From: Spirochaetia bacterium
Lineage (GTDB): Bacteria; Spirochaetota; Spirochaetia; UBA9216
Direction: 5' to 3'
NCBI GenBank assembly: GCA_963677925.2
Contig: CAXXYH010000003.1
Span: forward strand, 864,001-928,000
Length of the DNA stretch: 64,000 nucleotides
Positions 30,141 through 39,840 of the stretch are shown in pieces. A program made the position numbers and the translations under genes. Numbering within the stretch: the first letter of the stretch is position 1; every line of letters starts with the position of its first letter. Under the pieces are notes generated by a model. That model did not search any database, was not told the origin of the DNA, and saw nothing but the letters and a program-made list of their open reading frames with translations.

Positions 30141-31055
30141 TCAGGGATACTGAAAAACACCAAGATTCTCCCTGGCTGCTGTCCATGCGGCAGGGATGTC
30201 TTTTCCGAGGCTGTAAAGGCTGACAATGGATCCTACAATGGCACAGGTGGTGTCCCTGTCTCCCAATCCTGCGACGGTATTCCATAAAGCTTCGGCATAG
30301 TCATCATAAAACCTCTCAACTATCCAGAGACAGAAGGGCACAGTATCTACAGCAAGGATATTCTGCCCTGTACCGAGAATACCGGCAGCATCGTATGCAG
30401 TGGTTGTGCCGGGCAGGTTTCCGGCCTTCTCCACCTCATCTTTGAGCGTTCCGGCGGCAAGATATCTGATGACATATTCAAAAAGCCCCGGAACTTCATT
30501 GCGCCTGGTCTTCTGAACAACCCAGGAAGCTGCAAGTGCAACAGCTGCAGCGCCCTCCTGCCCTTCGGAGTGCATATGGGTTACCTGAGCGGAGAGCCTT
30601 GCCTCTGCAGCTGCTTTTTCCGGATTATCCCAGAAATATGCGCCGACCGGACCGACCCTCATTGCAGAACCGTTCCCGCATGAGCCCTGACCGTCAAAAG
30701 CTGCGGCGGAGAGGGTTTTCCAGTCAGAATCGTACATATAGTTGCCAAGCATGGCGTGAATACCTCTTCCGTAGCCTCTGGCCGGATCCTTCCTGTATTG
30801 CACAAGAAACTGCTTTGCCAGAAAGTCCCGGTCGATACGCGTGCGGGAAATCAGTGTTTTTACTATAGATATTCCCATCACAGTATCATCTGTACACTTC
30901 CAGGGCGGATCAGGCAGAATGCGTGAGTCAATTTTAGGAATAACTTCATCGTGATACCCGAAAAATTGTTCACCGAATGCATCTCCGACAGAAAGCCCCT
31001 GCAGGCTGATATCCGCAAGCTGTACACGTTCTGTTTTATCTTTAATTTCTAGCAA
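30141..31055 (-). CDS. ADP-ribosylglycohydrolase family protein (DraG/Tri1-like) 1
   Basis: VGDAFG, TDDT, GSCGNGSAMR, TH, GDRDT; start uncertain (TTG 31055 or ATG 31097). Confidence 0.9.
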   Translation of the reverse strand: MLEIKDKTERVQLADISLQGLSVGDAFGEQFFGYHDEVIPKIDSRILPDPPWKCTDDTVMGISIVKTLISRTRIDRDFLAKQFLVQYRKDPARGYGRGIHAMLGNYMYDSDWKTLSAAAFDGQGSCGNGSAMRVGPVGAYFWDNPEKAAAEARLSAQVTHMHSEGQEGAAAVALAASWVVQKTRRNEVPGLFEYVIRYLAAGTLKDEVEKAGNLPGTTTAYDAAGILGTGQNILAVDTVPFCLWIVERFYDDYAEALWNTVAGLGDRDTTCAIVGSIVSLYSLGKDIPAAWTAARENLGVFQYP

Positions 31056-31741
31056 TTTGTGACCACCTGAAATCCTTCTTCCTTGCTGGTCTCCCATGTC
31101 TCATAATCGAAGCGATAGAATCTTGCCGCCCTGTGGGAAACATCCTGTTCAAAGCGTTCAAGCGGAATCAGCATTCCTGTCTTGTGAAGCTTCTTCTGAA
31201 AATTCCTGCGGTCAAGTGCTGTCCCGAGTATCAGTTCATATAGATGCTGGACCTGCCTTAGGGTAAACTCTTCCGGAAGAAATTCAAATACAAGAGGCCA
31301 ACGCTTTACTTTCTGCTGAAGTTTTGAAAGAGCATCTGTGAGGATCTGTCCGTGATCAAAAGCAGTTCGTGGAAGTTGAGAGACAGGAAACCAGGCTGCC
31401 TCACTTGCATCAGTATCAGCCTTCACATCATGGTCGAAAAGATTGACGATTGCGAAGTAAGCAATAGTGATCACCCGTTCTCTGGGGTCTCTACCGGGTT
31501 TGCCGTATGAACCGAACTCTTCAAGGTAGATGTTTTCAACACCGGTCTCTTCGCGCAGCTCTCTTTTGGCGGCATCAGGGATATCCTCATCAATACCGAC
31601 AAATCCTCCGGGGATTGCCCAGCTGTCTTTAAAAGGTTCAAGCAGCCTTTTTATCAGCAGAACCTTAAGTTCATTATTATCAAGTCCAAAAACCACGCAG
31701 TCTACTGTAACTGCCGGATGCGGGTATTTATACTGGTACAT
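31049..31741 (-). CDS. nrtR: NrtR Nudix-wHTH regulator
   Basis: VTVDCVVF, intact Nudix box GGFVGIDEDIPDAAKRELREETG, RDPRER, AFDH, wHTH with FTL, LYE, DRRNF. Confidence 0.9.
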   Translation of the reverse strand: MYQYKYPHPAVTVDCVVFGLDNNELKVLLIKRLLEPFKDSWAIPGGFVGIDEDIPDAAKRELREETGVENIYLEEFGSYGKPGRDPRERVITIAYFAIVNLFDHDVKADTDASEAAWFPVSQLPRTAFDHGQILTDALSKLQQKVKRWPLVFEFLPEEFTLRQVQHLYELILGTALDRRNFQKKLHKTGMLIPLERFEQDVSHRAARFYRFDYETWETSKEEGFQVVTNC

Positions 31742-33227
31742 CTGTAATCCTGTCCTTCCGGCAGATTTGGTTTCTGCCGTTTTCCTTAGCGCATCTAGTA
31801 CGTTCGCTTGTTCTCTGAATAAAGTCGATAAGCTGATCATCCTTATGCGATAACTCCGCTACACCGACACTGAGGGTTATTGTAAAACGGCTTCCGTCGT
31901 AGGCATTAATCTGTGCCTCGCCCGCATTTATCCATATACGCTCGGCGACCTCATATGCTTCATCCTCATTTGTATCAGGCAGTACAACACACATTTCTTC
32001 CCCGCCGTATCTGGCAACCCAGTCCACTGTACGAACAGAGCCCTTAATTACTTCAGCCACATGCTGGAGAGCCCGGTCACCGGTCGGCCATCCGTAGGTC
32101 TTGTTGACCTGACCGAAGAAATCTATATCAACAAAGATAAGTGATAGAGGATGTTTGTATTCCCTGGCCCTGTCAAACTCACGCTTCATCCTGCGGTTGA
32201 AATATCCGCGGTCAAAGAGAGCTGTCAGTCCGTCGGTATCCGCCTGCTGCGCCATACTGCTAACGAACTTCCGGCTGCTGGATGATAGCGCCGCAGTAAG
32301 CCTGTCTGTAAGAACTTTAACCCTGTTTTCAAAGTATTTTATCATCACATCCGCCGGGTCTGATTCAGGATTATCGGTTCCGCCGGCAACTTCCACCCTG
32401 TTGCGTCCTGCACCCTTTGCCATGTACAGGGCGCTGTCAGCCTCGTTGAACATCTCCTCACTGTCCATAGGTGTATCGGCAACACAGATTCCAATACTGA
32501 TTGAAACAGAAAAATCACCTTTAATTTCAACTCCGGAGACTAAATCCTTAATATCAATCTGCTCAACCTCTCTACGGATAAAATCAGCAGCTCCTGCAGC
32601 CTGCTGTCTGTTCATTCTGCTTACAACCGCAAATTCATCACCGCCCATGCGGCAGATCCCGTTTTCACCGGTCATGCAGTTCCGGAGAATACCAGCAATT
32701 CTTCGAAGCAGCCTGTCTCCGTTTTGAAAACCGAAGGTGTCATTGATTATTTTAAAATTATCTATATCCATCATCATAAGTGAAACAGGTTTCTCAGATT
32801 CATTCATAAACAGTTCGAACCTTAGACGTCTTGAAATTTCACTCCGTGGAAGAAGTCCGGTTAACGGATCTGTAAGCGACATTTTTAGCGACCGCTGTCT
32901 TGCATGAGTGTTTATACAGAATCTTACCAGATGAAGTGTAAAGTTTTCGTCAAAGGATGAGGAAAGTACAACACTGTCTTCCGGCAGCAGTTTCCGCAGC
33001 CATACTGACTCAAGCTCATCAGGAACAATTACAAGTGACGGGATCGACATTTTTCGGTAGAAATCCTGAGCATCGCAGTATTTGTCCCATCTGCGGGCGT
33101 CGAAGATTCTGACATCCGCTCCTGCCGGAACCTGAGTAAATCTGTAATTGATCTTCTGAAAACTCACCTGTTTTACAGGAAATTTCGTATCGCCTTCCCA
33201 GATTATTTTATAGCTGAAAGTTTTCAA
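31728..33227 (-). CDS. Diguanylate cyclase with two tandem GGDEF domains
   Basis: TDPLTGL/DIDNFK/GGDEF and TDGLTAL/DIDFF/RTVD/GGEEM; AGGAG RBS with TTG start. Confidence 0.88.
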   Translation of the reverse strand: MKTFSYKIIWEGDTKFPVKQVSFQKINYRFTQVPAGADVRIFDARRWDKYCDAQDFYRKMSIPSLVIVPDELESVWLRKLLPEDSVVLSSSFDENFTLHLVRFCINTHARQRSLKMSLTDPLTGLLPRSEISRRLRFELFMNESEKPVSLMMMDIDNFKIINDTFGFQNGDRLLRRIAGILRNCMTGENGICRMGGDEFAVVSRMNRQQAAGAADFIRREVEQIDIKDLVSGVEIKGDFSVSISIGICVADTPMDSEEMFNEADSALYMAKGAGRNRVEVAGGTDNPESDPADVMIKYFENRVKVLTDRLTAALSSSSRKFVSSMAQQADTDGLTALFDRGYFNRRMKREFDRAREYKHPLSLIFVDIDFFGQVNKTYGWPTGDRALQHVAEVIKGSVRTVDWVARYGGEEMCVVLPDTNEDEAYEVAERIWINAGEAQINAYDGSRFTITLSVGVAELSHKDDQLIDFIQRTSERTRCAKENGRNQICRKDRITDVPV

Positions 33228-33265
33228 TAGAGGCTCCTTTTTTAAATAATGCTATAGCGGCCTTC

Positions 33266-33286
33266 TTAGTGTGTTATTTACACTTA
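33266..33286. promoter_or_regulatory. NrtR operator
   Basis: TTAGTGTGTTATTTACACTTA = AGTGT-N7-ACACT (GT-N7-AC core), just downstream of a minus-strand promoter TTGAAA(33319-33314)-17-TAAACT(33296-33291). Confidence 0.75.
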
Positions 33287-33337
33287 GATAAGTTTATACC
33301 TGAATAGGTTTTTTTTCAAATAAAATATGCGGTTTTT

Positions 33338-34429
33338 TCACAATTCAGGAAGCTCATCATAGACGCCCCCTTCAAGTGAACCTGTCGTAAAATTATACCG
33401 CTCCACAGAACGCATATCTTCATGCAGGGGCAGGTTTTCTATCTTACGGATTTTTTCTCTAATACTCTGTCTGAACGCTGTTACAGCCTTCCATGTATGA
33501 GGAACAGAAGGGCATTTTCTGATAACCTCCGGAAGATGGGAACGTTCTGCTACTTTCACAATATCAAAGGCAAAAAGAAATCCCATAACCGGCCAGAAGG
33601 CAAACTTATCTTTGGATTTAAATTTACGGTTCAGATATACAGGAACTTCTTCATTTCCGTAATATCCTTCAATTCCTCCCAGAATAAATCCTGCAACCGT
33701 GGATCTGAACGTCTGCTTATCATAGATATACTCAATGCAGTTTTTATAAAAAATAAAGGAAGCTGCAGAATTATCAAGACCCAGAGAGCCCAGATATCCG
33801 CCGATCCGCTGCAGTTCACTTACTGCGCGAAGCGCGGATGCGTCAGAAACATCGTTGAATCTGTCAGCCCCCAGTCCGACTGTGAAAAGGAGTTTAGGTA
33901 TATCACAGGACAGCAGTGATATAGCAGTGACCGATACAAGATCCTCGATAACGTCTCCAAGACCGGCTTCATCTCCGGTCATAAGAGAGTCGGAACCTCC
34001 ATCAACTGCAATAATACAGTCGACAGAATGCTTCTCACATAAATATTCATACAGTCTTTTCAGTTTTCCGACGTTAAAGTCTCTGGCATAATAGGCGTAA
34101 ACGGAGTGCAAGGTCTCAGGGTAGACAGCATCAAGATATCTGCATACATTTATCTCGGGAGCATAATGAGGATCCGGGGTAATTGAGCCTGTACAGAGTT
34201 TGATTTGAATGTCATTTATCCCTGGAATATTCAGCATTTCACAATTGATCTTATCAGTTAGACCGAATGAATAGCTTCCTATCACAACATTCTTGTTCAG
34301 CTCCATCAGCGCAGGATAAAGCAGCATCCCGTGAATGAAATCAAACCCCCCGCCGCATCCCACAAGCAGAACATTTTTTATCTCAGGATTTCTTAGTATC
34401 TCAAGAAATTTCGGTTCTAAAAGGTTCAA
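33338..34429 (-). CDS. DUF1152-family protein
   Basis: VGCGGGFD, SYSF, VDGGSDSLMTGDEAGLG..EDLVS, GLGAD. Confidence 0.75.
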   Translation of the reverse strand: MNLLEPKFLEILRNPEIKNVLLVGCGGGFDFIHGMLLYPALMELNKNVVIGSYSFGLTDKINCEMLNIPGINDIQIKLCTGSITPDPHYAPEINVCRYLDAVYPETLHSVYAYYARDFNVGKLKRLYEYLCEKHSVDCIIAVDGGSDSLMTGDEAGLGDVIEDLVSVTAISLLSCDIPKLLFTVGLGADRFNDVSDASALRAVSELQRIGGYLGSLGLDNSAASFIFYKNCIEYIYDKQTFRSTVAGFILGGIEGYYGNEEVPVYLNRKFKSKDKFAFWPVMGFLFAFDIVKVAERSHLPEVIRKCPSVPHTWKAVTAFRQSIREKIRKIENLPLHEDMRSVERYNFTTGSLEGGVYDELPEL

Positions 34430-34449
34430 AGCTTATAGTTCTCCTTTCA

Positions 34450-35517
34450 TTATAATTCCTTCATGGCCCTGACAATGGGAAGTTTATCAATATTTTTAAA
34501 TAACACTTTATCATTCTCCTCAAGAAGAGCCCACGGGAAAGTTTCATCCTTCATATCAAGAAAATCCTGTTTGACATCTTCACCGCTGCGGGCCCGTATA
34601 AAGTAATCAATTAATCTTTCAATGTAATCATGGTTTTCAATCACTGATAAAAGCCTTTCCGGAATGCTTTCTATTCCCAGATAAGCGCCGCTCAGGGCAC
34701 AGGCCATGGATGAAATTGTATCGGTATCACCGCCTGCGCTGACTGCTTCATAAAGGCAGTCCTCAAAAGAATCCCTGTTCCTTAAGAAGGTAAGAATAGA
34801 AAAAGGAAGCGATTCAACTGCCGTCTCATCCCGAAGAAAGGAGTTCATGCATCCGTCCGAATCAACCCCCTTATTCAATAGTATCCTGTTTTTTTCCAAA
34901 GCTTCTCTGAACCCTCCGGTTGAAGAAACTTTAAGCAGTTCAGCTATAAAATCATCGTTACTGATTTTATCAGCATCTAAAGCAAGCGCTGCAGCCTTTG
35001 CCATAATTACAGCTGAATCAACGCCCAGCGGATGGATGTGGGTTGTTCGGGCTGATTTTACCGCATTCTTTTTTATAAGCCGGGGTCTGTTGCTGAACCA
35101 CAGTCCGATTGGAGCAACCCGCATACAGGCGCCGTTCCCCATAGAACCGCTGCTGTTTTTGTATAAAAGCTCGCTGACAAAGCGGTTCAGCTTCTTTGAG
35201 GACACACCCGCTGTATCCTTTCGGATATTGAAAAGGAAATAGGTACCGGTACCGTATGCCCGATCGAGATTTGCAAGATGATCATACATAAAGATATCGG
35301 CCAGCTGCTCAAGTCTGATTCTTCCATGTATAATAAGCTGCTGACAAACTCCGAAGGTCATCAAAGAATCGTCTGTGTAGCGTATTACCTCGGACTTTTG
35401 GAGTTCGGTTTCAATCTCAGCTTTGTCCCCTGCGCCGAAATTCTCACCGATTGCGTCACCGATGACGGCACCAAAGAGGCATCCTCTGATTTTTTTATTA
35501 AGTTCTTTATCAGTCAT
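34450..35517 (-). CDS. ADP-ribosylglycohydrolase family protein 2
   Basis: IGDAIG, YTDD, GSMGNGACMRVAP, TH, GGDTDT. Confidence 0.9.
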   Translation of the reverse strand: MTDKELNKKIRGCLFGAVIGDAIGENFGAGDKAEIETELQKSEVIRYTDDSLMTFGVCQQLIIHGRIRLEQLADIFMYDHLANLDRAYGTGTYFLFNIRKDTAGVSSKKLNRFVSELLYKNSSGSMGNGACMRVAPIGLWFSNRPRLIKKNAVKSARTTHIHPLGVDSAVIMAKAAALALDADKISNDDFIAELLKVSSTGGFREALEKNRILLNKGVDSDGCMNSFLRDETAVESLPFSILTFLRNRDSFEDCLYEAVSAGGDTDTISSMACALSGAYLGIESIPERLLSVIENHDYIERLIDYFIRARSGEDVKQDFLDMKDETFPWALLEENDKVLFKNIDKLPIVRAMKEL

Positions 35518-36521
35518 TTTATGCTTCGAAACAGCTCGCTCATATGAGCCGCCGCGGAGTTCACAGTTACATCAAGCTCATATCCGCCTCCGGGCAGGGA
35601 AACAACCGGAGCATTGTATTTATTCGAAACTTCAATGACAGTCCTTGTCATCATAGCAAAATCCTCATACTCAAACTTGGTCACATACTTTCCGCAGTCA
35701 AGGGTATGTCCGTCATGTCCGTCGAAGACAAAGATCATATCCGGTGTGAACGGAAGCGTTTCAAGTTCTAATCGGAACTGTTCCATTACATTCTCAGCCC
35801 TGAAGACATCACCCTTCAGCCCGAGTTCATCATGGAAAAAATCATCGGTATAGTTTTCATCAAGAACCGGAATACTGCAGTGGCCGACAGAAGATGAATA
35901 TACAGTAGTTCCGAGCTCGATTGATTTAACCATACTCATGTACAGGTCGACTGCACTGTGAATATCTATGATGTAAACCGAACTGTCATTCTCAAATATT
36001 GTCTGGGTTCCGTCTCCATGATGAAAATCCCAGTCAATGATTAGGATATTCCTGAATCCGGATTTCTGCGCATACCGTGCCGCGGCTGCCATGGAATTCA
36101 GCAGACAGTAGCCATGCCCCCTGGATGGAAATGCATGATGACTGGGCTGGGTAAAACAGTATGCCCTATCCAGGACTCCCCTTTTCATCAGATCGACTGC
36201 TGAATAAAGACCGCCAAGACCGTATTCAAAGCCGGGAAGAGCCAGAGGCAGATTGAAGCATTCCGCACTTATAGTCAGATCAGCCTGTTCATCACCGCCT
36301 GCAAAGGCTTTGATTGCATCAAGATACTCTTTGCCATGAACCGACTTGAACTCATCAAACTCAACCCTGTTCAGAGGCAGTTCAGGTACCCTCAGTTCCT
36401 TTCTGATCCCTGCCCGGACCTTATCATAATAATCAAGCGACTGGCCAATGAATTCAATCTCGTTCATCGGCTTTATTGTCATACAGGTTTCAGGATGGAA
36501 ATACGTTCCGAAAGTTTTCAT
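35514..36521 (-). CDS. Zn-dependent histone-deacetylase-family amidohydrolase
   Basis: PSHHA, GYCLLN, DWDFHHGDGT, GHDGH..D, GGGY. Confidence 0.88.
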   Translation of the reverse strand: MKTFGTYFHPETCMTIKPMNEIEFIGQSLDYYDKVRAGIRKELRVPELPLNRVEFDEFKSVHGKEYLDAIKAFAGGDEQADLTISAECFNLPLALPGFEYGLGGLYSAVDLMKRGVLDRAYCFTQPSHHAFPSRGHGYCLLNSMAAAARYAQKSGFRNILIIDWDFHHGDGTQTIFENDSSVYIIDIHSAVDLYMSMVKSIELGTTVYSSSVGHCSIPVLDENYTDDFFHDELGLKGDVFRAENVMEQFRLELETLPFTPDMIFVFDGHDGHTLDCGKYVTKFEYEDFAMMTRTVIEVSNKYNAPVVSLPGGGYELDVTVNSAAAHMSELFRSIK

Positions 36522-36667
36522 TAACTTAATTATGTACTATTTGAAGTGATCAGACATTAATTTTTTATATGTTTATCCGTTTTTTGCTTAAAACAATCAA
36601 AATCTGCGGATGATTATCTGGAAGATCTGGAATCAATCTAAGACTGGCAGTGCTTAGAACGTTGATT

Positions 36668-36904
36668 CTAGTCCTCTTCGAATTTTCCTTCCCTGAAATC
36701 TTCCAGAATCTGAATTATCTGCTCTTCATATTCTTCAGGAGCCTCAATACTGCCCCAGCCGTGTTCAAGCGTAAACAGGCCGTCATAGGCTGTGGTTTCA
36801 TTGCTTTTTATATTAAAGGGTATTTCCTCTGTATTAAGTATATTTGCTATCAGTTCTGCCTCTGTAGCATTATTCAGGTCTGCAATCAGTTTAACTTTTG
36901 CCAT
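36668..36904 (-). CDS. Small DUF2007-like protein
   Basis: EAELIANILNTEEIP...AYDGLF...WG pattern; overlaps the upstream gene. Confidence 0.6.
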   Translation of the reverse strand: MAKVKLIADLNNATEAELIANILNTEEIPFNIKSNETTAYDGLFTLEHGWGSIEAPEEYEEQIIQILEDFREGKFEED

Positions 36905-37538
36905 TTAAATCTCCCGGGTAAAGGATTCGTATACCATAGATGTTTCTTGCCGGACCGGAACCCCATTTATCTGAGATATTATACAGATTATTAAATAGAT
37001 GTTCATCAGGAAATTCAGGATCGTTCATTATAAAACCTCTTTCACCATATCCTGTCAGCACAACATAGTGGGGCGCGCCCTTGTAGAGAACCTCCGCTAT
37101 CACAGGGATCCCCTTATCAAGATAATATTCAATTAACACAAGATCTGCAGGCAGTGCGCTCCAGTCAAAGCGGGTATAAACCCAGCCGTCATCAAAGGCA
37201 GTCATTGCCGGCCAGCGAAGCTGAACTTCACCGACATATTTACCGCCTTCCCAGGCATCATCAAAGCCGTTATGAGCCTTAAGCCAGTCATTCATTTTGG
37301 AGGGATTATAGTTTTTCTTTGTATGATACGATGCTATCATTGCAATTGAGGTCAAGGCACAGCCGTGAGTGCGGATTGTAAACTCGGAGTTGTTTCCAAG
37401 CTTTTCATCAGCCCAGGAGGCGTCTTTACCCTGAACATAGTAGGGTACTTTCATATTTCCCTCCTCTGCAAAACTCAGGCACGACTGCGCAAGAAGGCAG
37501 CACAATGAAATTAACGTAAAAACATGCTTCTTTTTCAT
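36891..37538 (-). CDS. Secreted C39-like cysteine peptidase
   Basis: Signal peptide; VPYYVQ, GCALTSIAM, HYVVLTGY, MNDP (Q-C-H-D). Confidence 0.8.
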   Translation of the reverse strand: MKKKHVFTLISLCCLLAQSCLSFAEEGNMKVPYYVQGKDASWADEKLGNNSEFTIRTHGCALTSIAMIASYHTKKNYNPSKMNDWLKAHNGFDDAWEGGKYVGEVQLRWPAMTAFDDGWVYTRFDWSALPADLVLIEYYLDKGIPVIAEVLYKGAPHYVVLTGYGERGFIMNDPEFPDEHLFNNLYNISDKWGSGPARNIYGIRILYPGDLNGKS

Positions 37539-37587
37539 CAGTAATAATATGCCACTTTAGAAAGAATTCGACCATTATTTTTTATTT

Positions 37588-37605
37588 CCGTAACATATGT
37601 TACAG
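37588..37605. promoter_or_regulatory. HcpR-type (Crp/Fnr) binding site upstream of hcp
   Basis: CCGTAACATATGTTACAG, containing the perfect palindrome GTAACATATGTTAC. Confidence 0.75.
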
Positions 37606-37669
37606 CAATGAAAGTATACAGGTATTAAAGTACCTGTATACTTTTTAAAGGACAACCAAGGAGAATTAT

Positions 37670-39298
37670 ATGTCTATGTTTTGTTTTCAGTGTCAGGAAG
37701 CCGCAAAGGGAACCGGATGTACAGTAAAGGGAGTATGCGGAAAAAGCGACGATGTTGCCAATATGCAGGACCTTCTTATTTTCACACTTAAGGGAATTGC
37801 CTTTTATGCAGATAAGGCAGGCGATAACAGTGTTACCGATGCTGCAACTGATAAATTCATGTATGACAGCCTTTTTAAAACTATAACCAATGCCAATTTT
37901 GATAAGTCAGTTTTCGTAAAATCAGTTACAGAAGCTCTGGCTATCAGGGATAGTCTTAAAACTAAAGTTGAGGTTGATGGAAGTCTTCCGGACTGTGCTG
38001 AATGGAGCCCTGAATCCGAGGCTGAATACGAAATAAAGGCGGCAACCGTAGGCATTCTGGCCACCGAAAATGAAGATGTACGCTCACTGAGGGAGCTGCT
38101 CATCTACGGACTGAAGGGTATGGCTGCATATGCCGAGCATGCGGCAAACCTGGGATATTTTTATGATTCTGTATTTTCTTTCATCTACAAGGGGCTTGCA
38201 GCAACTGTAAACGATAATCTGAGTGCAGATGAACTGACTGCACTGGTTCTCGAATGCGGAAAGAATGGTGTTGACGTGATGGCCCTCCTTGATAAGGCCA
38301 ATACCGAATCATACGGTAATCCTGAAATCACAAAGGTCAACATCGGGACAGGAACCAATCCTGGTATCCTGATATCCGGACATGATCTGAAGGATATGGA
38401 GCAGCTTCTGGCTCAGACTGAGGGAACCGGAGTAGATGTATACACTCACAGCGAAATGCTTCCGGCAAACTACTACCCTGCCTTCAAGAAATACAGCCAT
38501 TTCGTCGGAAATTACGGTAACGCATGGTGGAAGCAGAATACCGAGTTTGAATCCTTCAACGGGCCTATTATTTTTACTACAAACTGTATTACACCGCCCA
38601 AAGATTCCTACAAAGACAGGGTATACACCACCGGAGCAGCAGGCTTTGAAGGCGTAAAGCATATTGAAGGTAAGGCCGGAGAGAAAGACTTCTCGGCAGT
38701 AATCGAGCATGCAAGAAAGTGCGATGCTCCTGTGCAGATTGAAACAGGAGAGATAGTAGGCGGATTTGCACATGCTCAGGTTCTGGCACTTGCAGACAAG
38801 GTTGTAGATGCTGTAAAAAGCGGGGCAATAAAGCAGTTTTTTGTGATGGCCGGATGCGACGGCCGGATGAAGGGCCGGGACTATTATTCTGATTTCGCAC
38901 AGAAGCTTCCCAAGGATACAGTTATACTTACTGCCGGATGCGCAAAGTACCGCTACAACAAGCTTCCTCTCGGAGATATCGGCGGAATACCAAGGGTTCT
39001 GGATGCCGGCCAGTGCAACGATTCATACTCACTTGCAGTAATTGCACTCAAGTTAAAAGAAGTGTTCGAACTTAACGACATCAATGACTTGCCTATCTCC
39101 TACAATATTGCATGGTACGAGCAGAAGGCCGTAATAGTACTTCTTGCCCTTCTTTACCTGGGCGTAAAAAACATCCATCTCGGCCCGACACTCCCGGCCT
39201 TTCTCAGCCCGAATGTGGCTAAGGTTCTTATTGAGAACTTCGGAATTGCCGGAATAGGTGAAGTTGAAGATGATATTAAGATATTCATGGGTGCATAA
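37670..39298 (+). CDS. hcp: Hybrid cluster protein (hydroxylamine/NO reductase)
   Basis: [49 protein letters not shown]. Confidence 0.97.
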   Translation: MSMFCFQCQEAAKGTGCTVKGVCGKSDDVANMQDLLIFTLKGIAFYADKAGDNSVTDAATDKFMYDSLFKTITNANFDKSVFVKSVTEALAIRDSLKTKVEVDGSLPDCAEWSPESEAEYEIKAATVGILATENEDVRSLRELLIYGLKGMAAYAEHAANLGYFYDSVFSFIYKGLAATVNDNLSADELTALVLECGKNGVDVMALLDKANTESYGNPEITKVNIGTGTNPGILISGHDLKDMEQLLAQTEGTGVDVYTHSEMLPANYYPAFKKYSHFVGNYGNAWWKQNTEFESFNGPIIFTTNCITPPKDSYKDRVYTTGAAGFEGVKHIEGKAGEKDFSAVIEHARKCDAPVQIETGEIVGGFAHAQVLALADKVVDAVKSGAIKQFFVMAGCDGRMKGRDYYSDFAQKLPKDTVILTAGCAKYRYNKLPLGDIGGIPRVLDAGQCNDSYSLAVIALKLKEVFELNDINDLPISYNIAWYEQKAVIVLLALLYLGVKNIHLGPTLPAFLSPNVAKVLIENFGIAGIGEVEDDIKIFMGA

Positions 39299-39324
39299 AC
39301 ATTTTATTCTGAAATAATTTGTAT

Positions 39325-39358
39325 AATCCTCCGGGGTCCAGGCCTTGGGGGATTTTTT
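39325..39358 (+). terminator. Intrinsic terminator after hcp
   Basis: AATCCTCCGGGG...CCTTGGGGGATT followed by a T run. Confidence 0.6.
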
Positions 39359-39369
39359 ACAGACAGAAA

Positions 39370-39840
39370 TCAAGCCTTTTTTACGGACTTTGCCATACAG
39401 ATAGATTCCGGAATATCCCGGTACTGACCGTAGTTTTCAATCACAGCAAACCCAAGCCTCAGATACAGCTTCATCGCAGCTTTAAGCGGTTCTCCGGTTT
39501 CAAGAATCAGACTTGAATAACCCTTCAAAGCGGCTTTCTGCTCAAGCTCAGACATCAAACGCTCCGCTAATCCCCTGCCTCTGTATTCCGGCCTGACGTA
39601 CACCCTCTTAATTTCTGCGGAATATTCATCATAGTGCTTGAATGCACCGCAGGCGGCAGGAATATCATCTACAAATATAACAATTACATCATGAATATCA
39701 TCAAGCTGATTATACTGCACATACTGTTCACGCTGAGCATGTCCGCCGACTATTTCATCAAGATCAGAGTCCAGCATTTCACACAATTTAATAAAATCAG
39801 GATTTCTCCCATCGGTATATACGGTATTTAACTCTTTCAT
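39370..39840 (-). CDS. GNAT-family N-acetyltransferase
   Basis: EIKRVYVRPEYRGRGLA, LETG, LYLRLGF. Confidence 0.88.
   Translation of the reverse strand: MKELNTVYTDGRNPDFIKLCEMLDSDLDEIVGGHAQREQYVQYNQLDDIHDVIVIFVDDIPAACGAFKHYDEYSAEIKRVYVRPEYRGRGLAERLMSELEQKAALKGYSSLILETGEPLKAAMKLYLRLGFAVIENYGQYRDIPESICMAKSVKKA

Noticed and set aside
30124-30285. N-terminal extensions in the ORF track for the phosphatase (also NrtR 31742-31840, ilvY 1809-1838, pyk 60317-60382)
   Set aside because: They overlap upstream genes or regulatory DNA and lack family similarity; downstream starts fit better
31728-33227. Hypr-type (cGAMP-making) GGDEF
   Set aside because: Both domains retain the Asp of the GD motif rather than the Ser/Thr signature
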